Source: Amoebidium appalachense
Lineage: Eukaryota > Protista > Ichthyosporea
Direction: 5' to 3'
Length of the DNA stretch: 64,000 nucleotides
Assembly (NCBI GenBank): GCA_963693365.1
Contig: CAVNZM010000004.1
Span: 12,571,445 to 12,635,444, forward strand
A model generated the notes under the pieces. It worked only from the letters and a program-made list of their open reading frames with translations, did no database searches and was not told where the DNA came from. The position numbers and the translations under genes were made by a program. Of this stretch, positions 24,532-38,842 are shown piece by piece (the stretch's first letter is position 1; every line of letters starts with the position of its first letter).

Positions 24532-25173
24532 AACGACGGACACCACAGTGCAGAAGTTGCATAGCACACACAGAGTATGCACGTGCCTGCGTGTGTGCGT
24601 ACGTGTGTGTGTGTGTGTGTAGGGGGGGGGAGGGGGGGGGGAGTATATGTAGCTCAGCGTACATGGCACAGAACTTCGAAAACAAGGTTTGAAGGTAGGA
24701 CAGCGGGAGGGAACTGTGAGGGGGATATTGACTTGGGATTCAGTATTATGAGCAAGCCACCACAACATATCCCACGTGCACATCTAAAACGTGACAAATG
24801 AAGAAAAAGCTTGATCGTTTCAGAGAGAGTCTGTGGCCTATACCACATGCCTACCTTCAGTTAAGCATTAACTTAACCGCTGTACATGGCATATTGTTGA
24901 TCTGTGAACTTACCCTTCCGTCTGCAGTAATGCCGTGGGGCAATATTGCCAGCCTGTTGGCCACCCCGTTTGCCACGGCATTGTACATCAGATAGCGCCT
25001 GTTCTCGGCTAGCGGCTCCACACTGAGCACACGCACACCTGAAAAACACCATGTCAGTCTGGAAACCCTAGTTCCCCGGAAAAGGGTGACAACGGAAGAT
25101 TAAGGGTAGAAAAGATCGGTCTGTGGCATTGGGGCTATAGGTGGCGCTGAACAACAAGCCAGTTGCAGGGACA

Positions 25174-25225
<52 letters not shown>

Positions 25226-28200
25226 ACACGCGCGAAGATTGGGGGGGGGGGGGGGGGGAGGGGGGAGGGGGGAGGGGAGGGGGGAGGGGGGGAGAGAAAC
25301 GAGGGCCACAATGGTGTTACGTGAAGGGGACTGGAATGAAGGCACAGCACAAAAAGACACGAACTCCAATCCCCCCCCCCCCCCCCCCCTCCCCCCTCGA
25401 TATAGCTGCACCTCGCCTATACCTCCCGGGTTCTCAGTCAACACACTCTCACGCTTCCCGTTATTTCATTCCTTCCCTTCCCTTCGCTTATCAACATCTT
25501 ATCCCCGCGGCTTTTCTTTTCCTAGATTTTGTCTCCCTCCAATTTCCTTGTTTATCTCTCGCTGTTTCCCTCCCTTTTTCTCTTCGCGATAAAACACGGT
25601 GTATATGTTTTGGAAAATGCTTATGTTGGATTTAGATTTCCCTCACCACTTCAGAGTTACCCCCCCCCCCCCCCCCCCCCCTTCTCAACTGCACATGAGG
25701 AGAGGAACATGCATCCCCCCCCCCCCCCCCCCCCCCCCCCCCACCCACCCACCTATCCCCCCCCACCCCCTCTCTCCCCTTCTCAACTGCACATGATGAA
25801 AGGAACATGGTAAGTCTAAAAATGACAGGTATTTTGGCTATAGGGGACACTGGGGGAGAGGGGGGCCACGGGGGCGGGGGAGGGGGGGGGGGGGGGGGGG
25901 GGGGGAGGGGGGGGGGGGGGAGGGGGGGGGGGGGGGGGGGGGGGGGAGGGGGGGGGGGGGGGGGGGGGGGGGCATTACCGGGATGCTGTAAGAGTGCAGC
26001 AATTGCAAATGTGCCGATGTTGCCTCCGATATCCACTATGGTGTCACCGTCTGTGGGTGAAATAAGACTATATGAGATTGGCACGTGCTGATTGGACGGG
26101 GTTTGTTGCTAAGATTTAATGGCTGTGTGGGACTGGTCGTGAATTCTAGTCCCGTGCAAAACAACCAATCGTGCATCACGGTATTGTGGCGTGTTTGTGG
26201 TGGGTAAGGAATGGATGTCGGGAAAGTTAGAGGGCGTGAGGCAGGATGGAATGAGGCCATGTGTGTGTGTCCGGGATCGGGGAAGCTGAGGTGTGCATGT
26301 GTGTTTGTCTCTGTATGTGTGTGTGGGGGGGGGGGGGGGGGGGGGGGGAGGGGGGCAGAAGATTAAGAAGGGGAAGGGGAGGAGGGAACAGGTGCAGGGG
26401 AGAGGAAGTGCACGGAACCAAGAAGAAAGAATTATCAAAGGGTTTAGGGGAAATTGTGGGGAAACGACTGGGGTGAGGAAAGGGAGGAAGGGAGAGGGGG
26501 TGGGTAGGGGCTAGGAGAACCTTGAACGGGGGTGTCACAAATCTTGTAGACGTCTTCTGAAAACTCGGTGGCAATGTTGGCACCTTTCAGGTTGTGCCCC
26601 CACATGCGGAATGGCCTGTGTGTGTGTATGTGTGTGCGTGTGTGTGGGTGTGTGTGTGTGCGTGTGTGTGTGTCTGGTTGTGTGTCTGGGTGTGTGTTTG
26701 TGTGTTTGTGTGTATGTGTGTTCACGCGCATATCCATGTGTGTGAGTGAGTGAGAGGGGGCGTGTGTGTGCTTGAGTGTGTGGCTGTGTACATGGGTGTA
26801 TGGGGCGCGTGTGTGTGTGCATGTGCATGTGCATGTGCATGTGAGTGAGTGAGTGAGCGTGCATTGGGTTGTGTGTGTATGGTGCATGTCACTGTAAATG
26901 CTGTGTGTGTGTGCGTGTGTGTGTGTGCTGGAGCGTCTGCATGCCTGTGTGTATGTACGTGCACGTGCGCGCTCACGTGTATGTGCATGTGCCCATGTAT
27001 GTGTGTGTTCATGTGTGGGTGCATGTGAGTGTGAAAATGTGTGTGAAAATGTGTGTGTGCGCGCGTGTGTGTGTGTGTGTACGTGTGTGCAGGCGAGCGT
27101 AGGTGCGCACTGTGTGCATGTCTTCGTTGACATGTTTATACGAACTTGTGCACACCCATCAGTGTATTTATCTATGCAACGGTGTTTTCTCTCCGTTGAA
27201 ATCCCCGTGAAGCAAGAGACTCGAGAGTGTAGAATTTAGACTGTTAGAAAAAGTGCCCGGGCACACGGAGGGTGGGTTTTGAGGGGGGGAAGGGGCCCAA
27301 GTGGGGGGGCGGGGGGGAGATATTGAAGAGGTTGAGTGGGGTGGGGTGAGGGGTGGTGGGGGGGGGAGCGGGAGGAGAGGAGAAGCCGCCCTCAATATGC
27401 AGATAGACTGCACACCATCAAAACTGTTCAGTATGTGTGCGCCCGCATGCCAAAAAAGGTGTGGAGCTTTTGGCCGTCACGGTGCCTTTGTTGGTGCATC
27501 CAAAGAGTCTGTGAAAGCAGAGGGGTACTGCTTCTATCGCCTAGTGCATGCAAAAGGCAAGGTTTGGTGTTCCCGTATCCAGGTCAGAGTTTATGCAACT
27601 CCCGCGTGAATGTGTGAGTGCTTGCCTGTGACTGTGCCTGAATGCTAAGACACGTGAGCAGTACTCCTTGCATATTACGGATTTGTGTGCGCGCACCACA
27701 GTGTGAAGCCCGTGTGCGGGTGTGTGCCCAGGTGTGCTTGTGTGTGCTCATGCCTGTGTTCGCCTGCACGTGCTCTTGTTTGCACAGATCTGAAGTATTG
27801 TAAGGAACGGTCTGCCTCTTTTTTGTGTTTGCAAGCGTGTGGATGTGTCTGCGTGTTTGTGTGCGTGTGTACGTGCAGCAAGCACGTAAAACCACAAGGG
27901 GGTGGATGTGGCCTGGTGTCGAGTTGTGTGTGTGTGCACGTGCGGGTATGCATCTCTAGATCCTGTGTCCGTGTGTGTTTTGTCTGCCTATCTACTTGGA
28001 CGTGTGTGTGTGTGTGTGTGTGTGTGTGGATGGGCGGATGTTCGGTGCAAGCAGAGGGTGTCGATGCTTACCTGCCACAGGGAAGCTGTATGGTGACATC
28101 ATCACCCACTGGGGGCTCCCCGTCCCATACGGCCGTAAGCACCTGAGGACCCAGCGCCACTGGTTTCTGCGCCAGCCCGAATGCACGTGCAACTAGAAGT

Positions 28201-28566
28201 TGTGGGGTGCAGGTGGGCAGACGGGGGGAGGGGGAGGGGGGGGAGGGGGGGGGGGGTAGTTAGAGCTGGCTCAGATAGAAACACGCCACCCAAACCAAAT
28301 TATCATAGCAGGAAAAGGTGGATAAAGTGTGCTGCAAAAAAACTGGCAGTCTGTGAGTGTGGGAAACATGGCGTGAGCCAGAAAGAAGGGAAAGTATACG
28401 TTTTCCATGCGTGTGTAGACCCTAAACCTTGGCAGCAAGGTCACAGGTGAAATGCACGGCTCCAGGCACAGCTGTGTAAGAGACCACAAATTGGGGAAAC
28501 CTGCAGCTAGTTGGGCATGTGTGCGTGCGTGTGCGTGTGCGTGTGCGTGTGCGTGTGCGTGTGCGT

Positions 28567-28622
<56 letters not shown>

Positions 28623-28859
28623 ATGCGTGTTGTGCGTGTTGTGTGTGTGTGTGCTTGTACGCGTGTGTGTTTGTGTGCCGTGTGTGTGTGCGTGCGTGCG
28701 TGCGTGTGCTTCCCGATTGATGGGAAGGAAAAGTAAGTGGCACACACCTCGGCCAGGTAGTGCCGGAAGGCCTCTGTGTAGTATGACCAAAGTGCAGAAG
28801 AGAAGGAGCAGTAGTTTTGTCGTTTGGGCCGCACCAGTCAGGTGCCATACTGCTGCCAT
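23753..28859 (-). CDS. FkbM-family SAM-dependent methyltransferase with N-terminal hydrophobic anchor (7 exons)
   Basis: Phase-consistent exons: 28859-28748, 28192-28072, 26615-26521, 26050-25979 (DGDTIVDIGGNIGTFA, motif I), 25038-24914 (VLSVEPLAENRRYLMYN), 24468-24275 (RVALLKIDCEGCEREVM, FkbM KIDxEG motif), 23861-23753 (VVGETH...CP*). Confidence 0.9.
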
Positions 28860-30431
28860 CTTGGCTCCACCAGCAGAATAGAGGGCTGGACAAAAGGAAC
28901 CTTTGCGTGGTTTTTTCTAAGCCTTCTTCACCAGATTAGCAGGCTCGAGTAGGCAAAATTTCTGACCTCGTATCTACGAGAGGAGAAGTTTTTCAGAGCT
29001 ACGTCCTTCAGCTGCCTGCCTTCATGTTCAAAAGTCAAAAGCATTCATCTTCGAAAGCTTCATCCTAGGCGACTTTGACAGGAGTTTTCATTTGAAGTGA
29101 CCCAAAAAATGCCGAGACTAGATGGATCACCAATTAGAATCGAGGCTCGCATGCATCGGGCTTCAGCTATTGGCGTATGCTTTATCCTGGGGAACAGACC
29201 CCCATCCTCGAGGGTCGAGAGCCGTGCATGATGTACGGTTACTTTGGGTGCAAGCATACTAAGGATTAAATATCAGGCATAGCCCACAGGAACCCGGAAA
29301 TACTATTTAAATACACTTTTACATATAGGTCTTTTATTTATAAGCGGAGGCCGCCTGGAAGCCTGGTATCAGCGCCACCGCAACTACTTTAGCCATCCGT
29401 GTAAGATATGGTGTCACCGTGTGTGATGTCCGGCTAAATGATTGGTCAAATGCGCATCCATCGGAATGCATATCATGCATCATGTGGCTGTGAAGTATAC
29501 GTAGCCGCTGCGAGTCTCAGTTGGACCTCATTTTTCTTAATTCAACAACAGAAGTATTTGTTTGCTTTCTAAAATAACCTATTAGTGCGTCCATTTTTTC
29601 TCCCTACAGTACTGAGGTTACAGAATTGTCCGCCGGACGATATCCTCGTGTCCCTGTCACAATCCCATACACTGGCTTCCGAATGGGGTAGCCTCCAGCT
29701 CAAAAGTTTTATTGCACCAATGAAAAGCGCTCCCGCCAATAAATCCCGTGGAATGAAGAGTGCTGATCTATCAGCCGTTGCTCAAGCTTTCTAGCATTGG
29801 AATTGTTCTGCCGATGTAGCCTCATGTATAGCAACAAACACTTTCCTTCTCTATTCTTTTCACGTCAAAAAATATGCATGGCGTGCTCTCCTTTGAGCTT
29901 ATGGTGACATAAGACTCAAACGAGTTTTTCATCTACAACCTACGAATATATTGGCATCTTATTGAAAGGCACATGATTGGCTTGTTCCCTGGCAGATAAA
30001 CCAATGGAATGCAACCTCGCCTTGATTACCATCATACAGTACCCGCGGCCCCGCACAAACTTGTTTCATTTCCACCACCCTTCATTTTGCCCCGTTTTCC
30101 AACCAAAGTGCAACCATTTTCTTAGTGTTTAGACCCACACTGGGGATTGTTGAAAGGCAAACCTGGGGCTTTGTCAATAGGTGCCATAAGTCTCTGGCGC
30201 AAAAGAATACTGGTAGCACCGCTGCAGCAGTTGACTCAAACCCTGTACCCTTATCCGCATGAATTGCTCTCAAAGCTTGTTTCAAAGTAATATCCACAGG
30301 CGTGGCTATAGACTTTGCTTAAAAACTGTCACACGTGACGTGGCCTTCCTTCGTTCTGAACAGTGTTCTTCCTCCTCTTCTATTGGGGCTGCCTATTTAA
30401 ACTCTGTTGAAGAAGCATTAGCAAGAACAAA

Positions 30432-31092
30432 ATGCACGTTTCTTCCCAAGCATTAGCGGGGTTGGCTGCCCTGTCAGCCCTCGCAACAGCACAGGACACA
30501 GGCACGGAGGCAGACGCAAAGTCTGTGCTTATTAGGCCCAGCTACATCATGAATGCGGTGAATGTATCGCTGGCCGATGATGGGGATGGGGAGACGGCAG
30601 GCAACCACATCTATGGCGGTGTGCTGGCTAACAGGGACTTCCCCTGGATGGCCTCCCTGCAGGTAATGACTTGCTCTGTATTTTGCAATATGAATGATAC
30701 TTTTCTTGTGTGCAATAGGTGATGAATGGTGTGAGTTAATGAGGGGTGAGGTCGGGCGCTTTCTGATTGCAGCAGCCATCTTCGGAACCATTTTTTTGTT
30801 GAAAAATGTTCTTGTTTTTTGTCTTCTTGTCTTTGATGAAACCGGTTTTATTCATCTTTTGTCATCCTCTGCCGTTCATGATAATGCAGACCTTCCGATG
30901 CTTTTGTGTCTTTTTCTTTTAGCTAGTTCATCCTGTCTCATATATAAGAGATCTCCATGATTTTATTTTTTTTCGCTTTTTGTCGACCACATAATCCCCG
31001 GCTTTGTCAGTGGCGCGTGGGAGACATGTTGATTTGGGATTCTTTTTTTATTCAGAAATGATGGTCTGGTGACGCTTTGGTGATGCCAGGAC

Positions 31093-31128
<36 letters not shown>

Positions 31129-31850
31129 TGTGTGTGTTTGTGTGTGTGTTTTTTTTTTTTTTTTGTTTTTTGGGATGGGGGGGGGGGGGGGATACTGAAG
31201 AAGTCACAGTCTGCATGAGAGAATCTGGAGGTGTGAGGTGGATTTAGCCGAGACACGAAATGTGGTTCAGATTTTATTTTTTATTTTATCCCGTTTTGTT
31301 CCCGGAGTACCCCTAGGGGCCCTCAGGGGGAACTACCGTCTTCCACCCAGCACCGACAGTACTCTAGCTATGGTTAAGTGCAGACAGAAGCAGTTTTTAA
31401 CAAACATGTTGGAGGAATGATGCCTGTCTGGTGCAACTGCACGCCGTTATCACCCACTGACATAGTATCTTTTCCCACAGAAAGTATACGGGGACAGCTC
31501 TTTCCAGCACGTGTGCGGGGGGATGCTCATCTCCCCCAACTGGGTGCTGACTGCCGGGCACTGCCTGCAAATGTTCGACCGTGTGTGTGTTGGTGGCCGG
31601 TCACTGGAGCAGCTGCACCAGGAGTTTGAGTGCTTTGGCATCGACCGCTATGTCACTCACCCAAATTTTGTTGCTGCAAGTTTTCTAAACGACATTCAGT
31701 TGGTCAAGCTTGATGGAAAAACAAACATAAAGCCAGTGCAGGTATGACTGAAGCCCTCCCCCAAGCCCGTCCCCCCTTCCTCTCCTCTCCCCCCTCCCCC
31801 TCCACCCCCACCACGACCACCGCCAAAACCACCCACCCACCACCCACCCA

Positions 31851-31885
<35 letters not shown>

Positions 31886-33356
31886 TACACGCAGCCGCAC
31901 ACACATCAACACCGCAAACCGCCCTCCCATTCGTTTTCTTCTTGCCCCCAACCCACACTTTCCTTTGGTTGATAAGTTACCATATCTCATCCCCAAACCT
32001 CTCCAACCCCCCCTCCCCCCTCCCCCCCGCGCCCCTCCCCCCCCCCCCCCCTCGTTCTATAAGTGAGAGGCGTATTAAAGTATAAATCCCCCCCCCCCCC
32101 ACACACACACACCCTGTTATCCCCCCCCCCCCCTTTGCCCTTTCCCTTTCCATCCCCCCCCCCCCCCTCCCCCGCCCCTTCCCCCAGCCCCCGTTCTATT
32201 TAACTGAGAGGCTTATTTAAGTCTAAATCCCCCCCCCCCCCCCCCCACCCACCCACCCCCCGCCCCCTCCCCCCCTCCCCTTTCCCTTTTGCTTCTCCTC
32301 ACAGCTCAACAATCTGCTGTCCTTCACCAAACCGGGCACCCAACTCGCAAACATCGGCTGGGGGCTGACTGAAGACAGCAACGGCAATGCGGCCCAATAT
32401 CTACACCATGTCGATGTAACACTGTCCGATCCGCTCCGATGTGCACGATTCAAATCACCCCCAATCCCAAATCCCCTACCCAAGACGACAATCTGCGATG
32501 CCGGAGTGATTGGAAAAGGCCCGTGCAGTGGTGATTCCGGCGGCCCCGTTTTTGCAACGATCCCCCCTGCAAGTTCGCAACAAAAGGCTACTGAAGTTCT
32601 GGTAGGAATTGTTAGTTTTGGCAGTGAAAATTGTGATGCAGGGGATCCTACGGTCTTCACCAATGTGCGGTCATACCTCGACTGGATCGGCCAGTACACA
32701 AAGTTCAACCAATTGGGTGCCTGTGTGTCATCCCCTTGTCAGAATGGCGGCACGTGCACGGACACTGATGCTGATTTCTAGTAAGAACCCCTCCCGCGCC
32801 CCCTCCCGCCCCCTCCCCCCTCCCCCCCCCTCCCCCCCCCTCCCCCCCCCCCCCCCCCCCCTTCCTCCCATTCCCATGTGTCCTCCCCCACTATCACTCA
32901 TACCCTACAACTAGAAAAAGAGAGTTTGTTGGAAGCTCGCGCAAGAATCAAGTGAATCAGGCAGGCAAGATAAATTTTGAGGCCGAGGAAAGAAAGTGTT
33001 TATGTTAGGATATCCGGCCTCCCGTGTTTGTACAGAGGTGTTTGTTCAAGTGTGTCCACATACCTGGAGAGGGAAAAGAATGGGGCCACTGCCAGGGGAC
33101 GGGAGGGTGGTCACCCAAACTAACGTTCTGTTCACACAAACACAGCTGCAACTGTCCAGCCGGGTGGGGAGGGAAAACATGCAGCCAAAAGGGGGTCACA
33201 AACATCCCCGCCAGCATGCGCAACAACCAGCAGACACGGGGGGGTGCCCAGGAGACGGGTGCCATCTCCCCTACAAGTGCAGCCAGTGTGGCCGGAATTA
33301 GCCCAGCTGCCGTGGGGGGGGTTGTGGTGTCTGCCGTGGTGGCCATGTTGTTGTGA
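30432..33356 (+). CDS. Secreted S1 (trypsin-fold) serine protease with C-terminal EGF-like domain and probable GPI-anchor signal (4 exons)
   Basis: Exons: 30432-30662 (signal peptide; activation site H|IYGG; FPWMASLQ), 31481-31741 (CGGMLISPNWVLTAGHC, NDIQLVKL), 32305-32780 (GPCSGDSGGP, GIVSFG, VFTNVRSYLDWI, then CVSSPCQNGGTCTD), 33146-33356 (YCNCPAGWGGKTC, then an S/T/A-rich stalk and hydrophobic tail). The catalytic triad is intact. Confidence 0.93.
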
Positions 33357-33680
33357 TAGAGTGGATGTGTGATTACGGTAATTGGTGTGTTCATGTGTTG
33401 TGTGTACGCGTGTGTGTGCGCGGGCACATGTGTGTGTGTGGGCCTGTGTGCACTAAGCTTTTTCGTATGGGTATATGTTGACAGGGCATGTGCATGACTG
33501 TGAGCGCCTACAGCCACCGACTTACTGGTAGGTGGCAGTAGTTTACTGAATTAATTCCTGTTTATGTCCTTCTTTTTTCTTTCTTTCTTACCTTCATTCA
33601 TTTTTTTTGGGCACAACAGTGTGACCGTCGTAATACTATGCTATCAATAACCGTGGTTAGACTGATTGGAGGGGGCGGGG

Positions 33681-33719
<39 letters not shown>

Positions 33720-34308
33720 CTGTAGTCCCATCATACTCCAGTAGATGGTTCTTGAGTGCCTCAGATTGAATAATGAACAGGATATTATTGTACATAGAAG
33801 TTCCGTATGGACATGAGACAATGCTTTTCTGTATGACCTTGTTATGTTTATCAAGCAATCATAGTATTCTTTGTAAACATAACAATTATGTCGAACAAGA
33901 TGCACAATGTACTTTCTTGTTTTCTCTTGTTTTCCTTTTTGAACACTTAAGACACCAGTCTCCAGAATGGACAGCAAGCCAGTTATGTGAACTATACTGT
34001 AGCATAGGTTTGGGCCAAGTCCCAATAATGCCAATGTACATTGCATCGTGTGAACAGGACGAAAACTTAGAAATATACCTTGTTTGCACCTCAATTTCTG
34101 AAGTTCGAGAGCGTGGTTCTCAAATTGGACTACACTGCCGTCTGTAAGTGGTGGGCGGATACCGGGACAGAGAGGCTTTTAATCCCCCCCTCCCTCCCCC
34201 CCTCCCCCCGCAAACCGCAAAAAAAGAAAAATAAAAAGAAAAAAAAAAAAAGGAGAAGAAAAAGAAAGAAAAGAAGAAAAGAAAAGAAAAGAAAAGATTC
34301 ACCCATGG

Positions 34309-34341
<33 letters not shown>

Positions 34342-35907
34342 ACCCACACACACCGTGACATACGCACCCACACACACTCTCACTCACCCCCCCTGCACGC
34401 ACGGGCACACACACACACATACACACACACACACACACACACATATCCACACATAACGTACACACACACACGTACACCCCGATCCACACAGTGTATACAC
34501 TACACCCGCACACAACGTTTGTCGCACCATTTCCTTTTCAAGTGACCCGCACGCAGCATGCGTTCAGTTCCGGCAAGGAATAGCAATGGCCTATACAACC
34601 TGTACAGAGAGACTCACGTGACCCACTATGTACGTATAGCAAACATGAACCAGAGCAAGTAAAGGCACAAAGGCAGGCCCTGAACACACATATCTGCACG
34701 CTTATATCGACTGACATCGCTATACATAGGCATCTGCAAACAGGCGCAGGCCAAACATAAGCTGACACCCACATGCACGGCCCGCCGTACAGTATATATC
34801 CACACACACTCTAGATCTTGCAAAGTTTTGCAACTGCTCCGGCCATGATAAACTTACAACCTGAACAAACCCACTTGCATCTTAGATCTCTGGTTGCACG
34901 GTGTGTTTAGTGTACATGTGCGCAAGTGCAAGTCAATGTTTTTAGCGATGGGGAACGCGACGCAGGTGAGGATTGTAGTGTAACAGTTGGAGGTACCAGG
35001 TGAGCCGGTGGTGGGGCAAGGGGGAGCCCTTATATGGATCCCGGACCGGAGTATGTGCATGGGAAAGACCTCAGCGAGAAAGAGGCAGGAGAAAAAAGGG
35101 GGAGGGGGGGGGGGGGGGGGGGGGAGGAGGGGGCAGATCTGGTGTGGAAGAGGGATCCCCTTGAATCATGTGCTTTTAGTGTGAAGATGAATATATTCTA
35201 TGCACATGCTAGGCTGAGGCTGTAAGAAATCACCTGGCCACTGTATGCATGGGGCCAGGGGAGGAAAGGGGCTGGGGTGTCGAGGGCGGAATCATGATAA
35301 TACTTTGATCTTGCCAGCACTTGTGTTCTTACGAGGTGAGCAGGTATCACCGGCTTACATTTGCGCCCGTTTATTTAGTTTGCGTTGCAATTGGCTGCAT
35401 ATTGCGGAGGAAAAATTCTTGGGCAAACCTTCCTGCAATTAGAGTTTTGACAGTTCATCTTACGAGGTTGATATGTGTGTGAGCTATATTTGTGTGCTGC
35501 TGTACTTATCAAGTATTACGAGAAATTGGATGCAAGATCGCAGAAAAACAATGTCAAATAAATATATAGGTCAAGTAACATCGAGAAGCCGATACGTTTC
35601 AGATCCTTAAATCTTCAGTCAATTTGAGATAGATATATTGAAGAGCAAGGTATTTCGGAATCCGTATATTGAAGCTATCTAAATCGTATCTATCTACAAT
35701 CACCGACCCCCCCCCCCCCCCCCCCCCCCCATCCCCTCTATCTCCCGAGGGCGGGTAAAACGATTACAGTATTACCAAGGCGTATGCTGCACAGCATTTG
35801 TATACCCCTCCCCCCCCTCCCCCCCCCCCCCTTCCCCTCCCCCCCCCCCATCCCCCCCTCCCCGCCCCTTCCACCCAATATTTCTATGAATTTCTAATTT
35901 ATATCTC

Positions 35908-36617
35908 CTATGACGTACTTGCCACACCGCTGCTATTGGCGCCTATTTGCTGTGTCGTGGCTACCCCCCCTCTTAGCTGGCTGATTCTAGCCTGTAGCCA
36001 TGCCACCCTGTCTTGCGCCAGCTTTTCCCTCTCTCTGGCTGCCACTATTTGTCGCCACAATCGCTCTATCTCACTGCTTGGGTCCTCTCCCTGGAGTGTA
36101 AACTGGAAAGAAGTTCAAGTCAGTCCACACATTGTCCCCCCTCCCCCCCCCCCCCCCCCCACACACACACATACACACTCTCTCTCTTTATGCATAGGCT
36201 TTGAAAACACGGTTACCCGGTTATCCCAGTGCCTTTCACGCGCCTCCACCAACCTCCGCGCACTGCCCCGTGGAAGCCCTCCGTTTCCACCCTTCTCATG
36301 AAAAAATTGCTTACTGAATATATGTTACCCCCCCCCCTCACCCTCTCCCCCCCTCCCCACACACACACTCCCCTCCTTGCCTGCTCTTTCCAAAGAAGCA
36401 ACCCCCCCCCGCCCCCCTCCCCACCCCAGTAAGCCAGTTCTTCTTTCATGACCATCCCCACTCCCCCCCCCCCCCCCCCCCCCCCCCTCTCCTCCACCCA
36501 CACCCACACAAGCGCATGCACGCGCACACACACACACACAACCCCCCCCCCCCCCCCCCCCCATCCACACACACACACCCACACACACGCAAGCATGCAA
36601 CTATCGTGCGCACGAAA

Positions 36618-36659
<42 letters not shown>

Positions 36660-37700
36660 TTTCTGCACAAACAGTCGAGCAAAAAGCACCACCATGCCAA
36701 ACCTATACCGAGGGCCATGTCCACCCACCCATTCACCCCCCGCCTACCCTCCAATGTGCCCGGTCCTTTCTTAACAATCACCCCTAACCCATACAAAAAC
36801 ACACACACACATACAGGCACACACTTTCCCCGGCACACACACCCGAACACATACTCATATGCAGGCACAGACGCACTCGGGCAGCCCTCTGCCCCCTCCC
36901 CCCCCCCCCCCCCCCCCCCCCCCACCTTCCGGATACCTGCCCCCGGGATACACACACATAATCGACCACAAACACCAGCACGTCCACACCCACGGGCTCA
37001 CATCCATCCTTCAACTCCCCCCCCCCCCCCCCCCCCGGCCCCTGCTCCCTCCCTCCCCCCCCCCCCCCCTCCCCTCCTCTCACTCTCCCCCCCCCCCCCC
37101 CCCCCCCTCTCCCTGTCCCCCCCTTCCCACCTGCAGCTTGAGCTGGTCGTTTATAGCCTGGGCCCTAGCAGCCAGCTCCTCGGCCATCTTGAGGTGGCTC
37201 TGGGTCACATCCAATGAGTGGGCTTGCAGGGCTGGGCCCTCCACCGTGTGACCTATGGTGCGGCACAGGTCACAGATGGTGGCTCGTAGCGCCTCCAGCA
37301 TGCTGGGGTCGATGGGGTGCGGTGTGTCCTGCATGGTTTGCGGGTTAGAATTAGAAATACGGTACGGAGCACAAGTACATGGGGAGAAACACAGTGCAGG
37401 GAGTGGGTTGTGTGGGCGGTTGGGTGTGGGCGGAGGGGAGATGGATGGGGACGGACGGGCCGAAATTTGTTAAAAACAAAAAGGTAGGTTTGGGTCCTCT
37501 GTCCCTCTCTATCATCTTAAAAGAGAGAGAACCTGAGTAGGTGGATGTGTGTGTGGGTTGGGGAGAAGAGAGAGGGGGAGGGGGGGGGGGGGGGGAGTGA
37601 CGTGTTTTTCACACGTGTCCCCATCTCAAAGGGACAGGAAACGTTTAAGGGAATTGTGGTGATGGAGGTGTGCGTGTGCGGGCAAGCGGGTGCACACCTT

Positions 37701-37740
<40 letters not shown>

Positions 37741-37773
37741 TTAGTGTGTGTGTGTGTGCGTGTCGGATACCCG

Positions 37774-37814
<41 letters not shown>

Positions 37815-38339
37815 GGCTGATGGACGAGGCAAGAAATGGCAAAGTGGAGAACTGAAAAAGGATAGCAGAATCGACCGTTGTTTCCTCACCACGTCTTTTT
37901 GCAGTAAATCTTTTCCAACCATCCTCCAAAACACATCCCCTCCGAGATATTACACATTGCTAAGCAGCAACCTCTTCCCTTCCATCACCACTCCTATGAC
38001 CCTTCAATCACCACCTGCCTTTCTTACCCCCCCCCCCCCCCCCCCCCCCCCCAAAACAGATTCACCTTTCGAGCCACAGTGGGAAGTATAGCACTCCATC
38101 CTTCCATTCACCACTCAAACTAGCCTCCAAAACCGCACCACCTCAAACTAATTCTTCCCATCCATTCACCCCCCCTATGACCCATCCACCCCCACATTTA
38201 CCTTCCTAGCCATCTCCAGCAATATGGCCTGTGCATCCTCAGCCAGTTTCTCTAACCCCCTGACCTGCGCCTTCAGATCATCCATGCTCTTGCCCTGCCC
38301 CCGCCCCCGCTGAGCATTCTTCTTGTCCTTGCTGCCCAT
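35908..38339 (-). CDS. Hypothetical coiled-coil protein (about 4 coding exons)
   Basis: In-phase exons: 38339-38202 (MGSKDKKNAQ...DLKAQVRGLEKLAEDAQAILLEMARK), 37328-37131, 36294-36217 (weaker acceptor), 36102-35908 (EIERLWRQIVAAREREKLAQDRVAWLQARISQLR...*). Canonical GT donors. Confidence 0.65.
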
Positions 38340-38572
38340 CCTAATGCACTGTGTGAAAGATTAAGTATGTGTACGTGTACACAGGCACAGGGACAAAGAC
38401 ACATAAGCACACACATAGAGGTACGAGCGGGAACAGACGCATAAACACACGTGCACAGCACACACAGGCAGGGAAGGTGTGTATGCTTGAGTGTGCCCAC
38501 ATCCACAAGACACACACACACGACAGCATAAGCACACGTGCACACACACATAAACACACGCACACACACATG

Positions 38573-38603
<31 letters not shown>

Positions 38604-38809
38604 ACGCACCCCCCCCCCCCCCCCCCCCCCCCCCACACACACACACATACACAACCGTGTGCACGCAAACATGCACATTCTATTTACATACACATATGTG
38701 CATGGGAGCGTATATTCACAAGCACGTTTGCTCGAGGCACACACGCAAGTACAAAATGTCATAACAGAGGTGTCAGTACAGGGATGAAATCAACAAGCAA
38801 TAGACAAAG

Positions 38810-38842
<33 letters not shown>

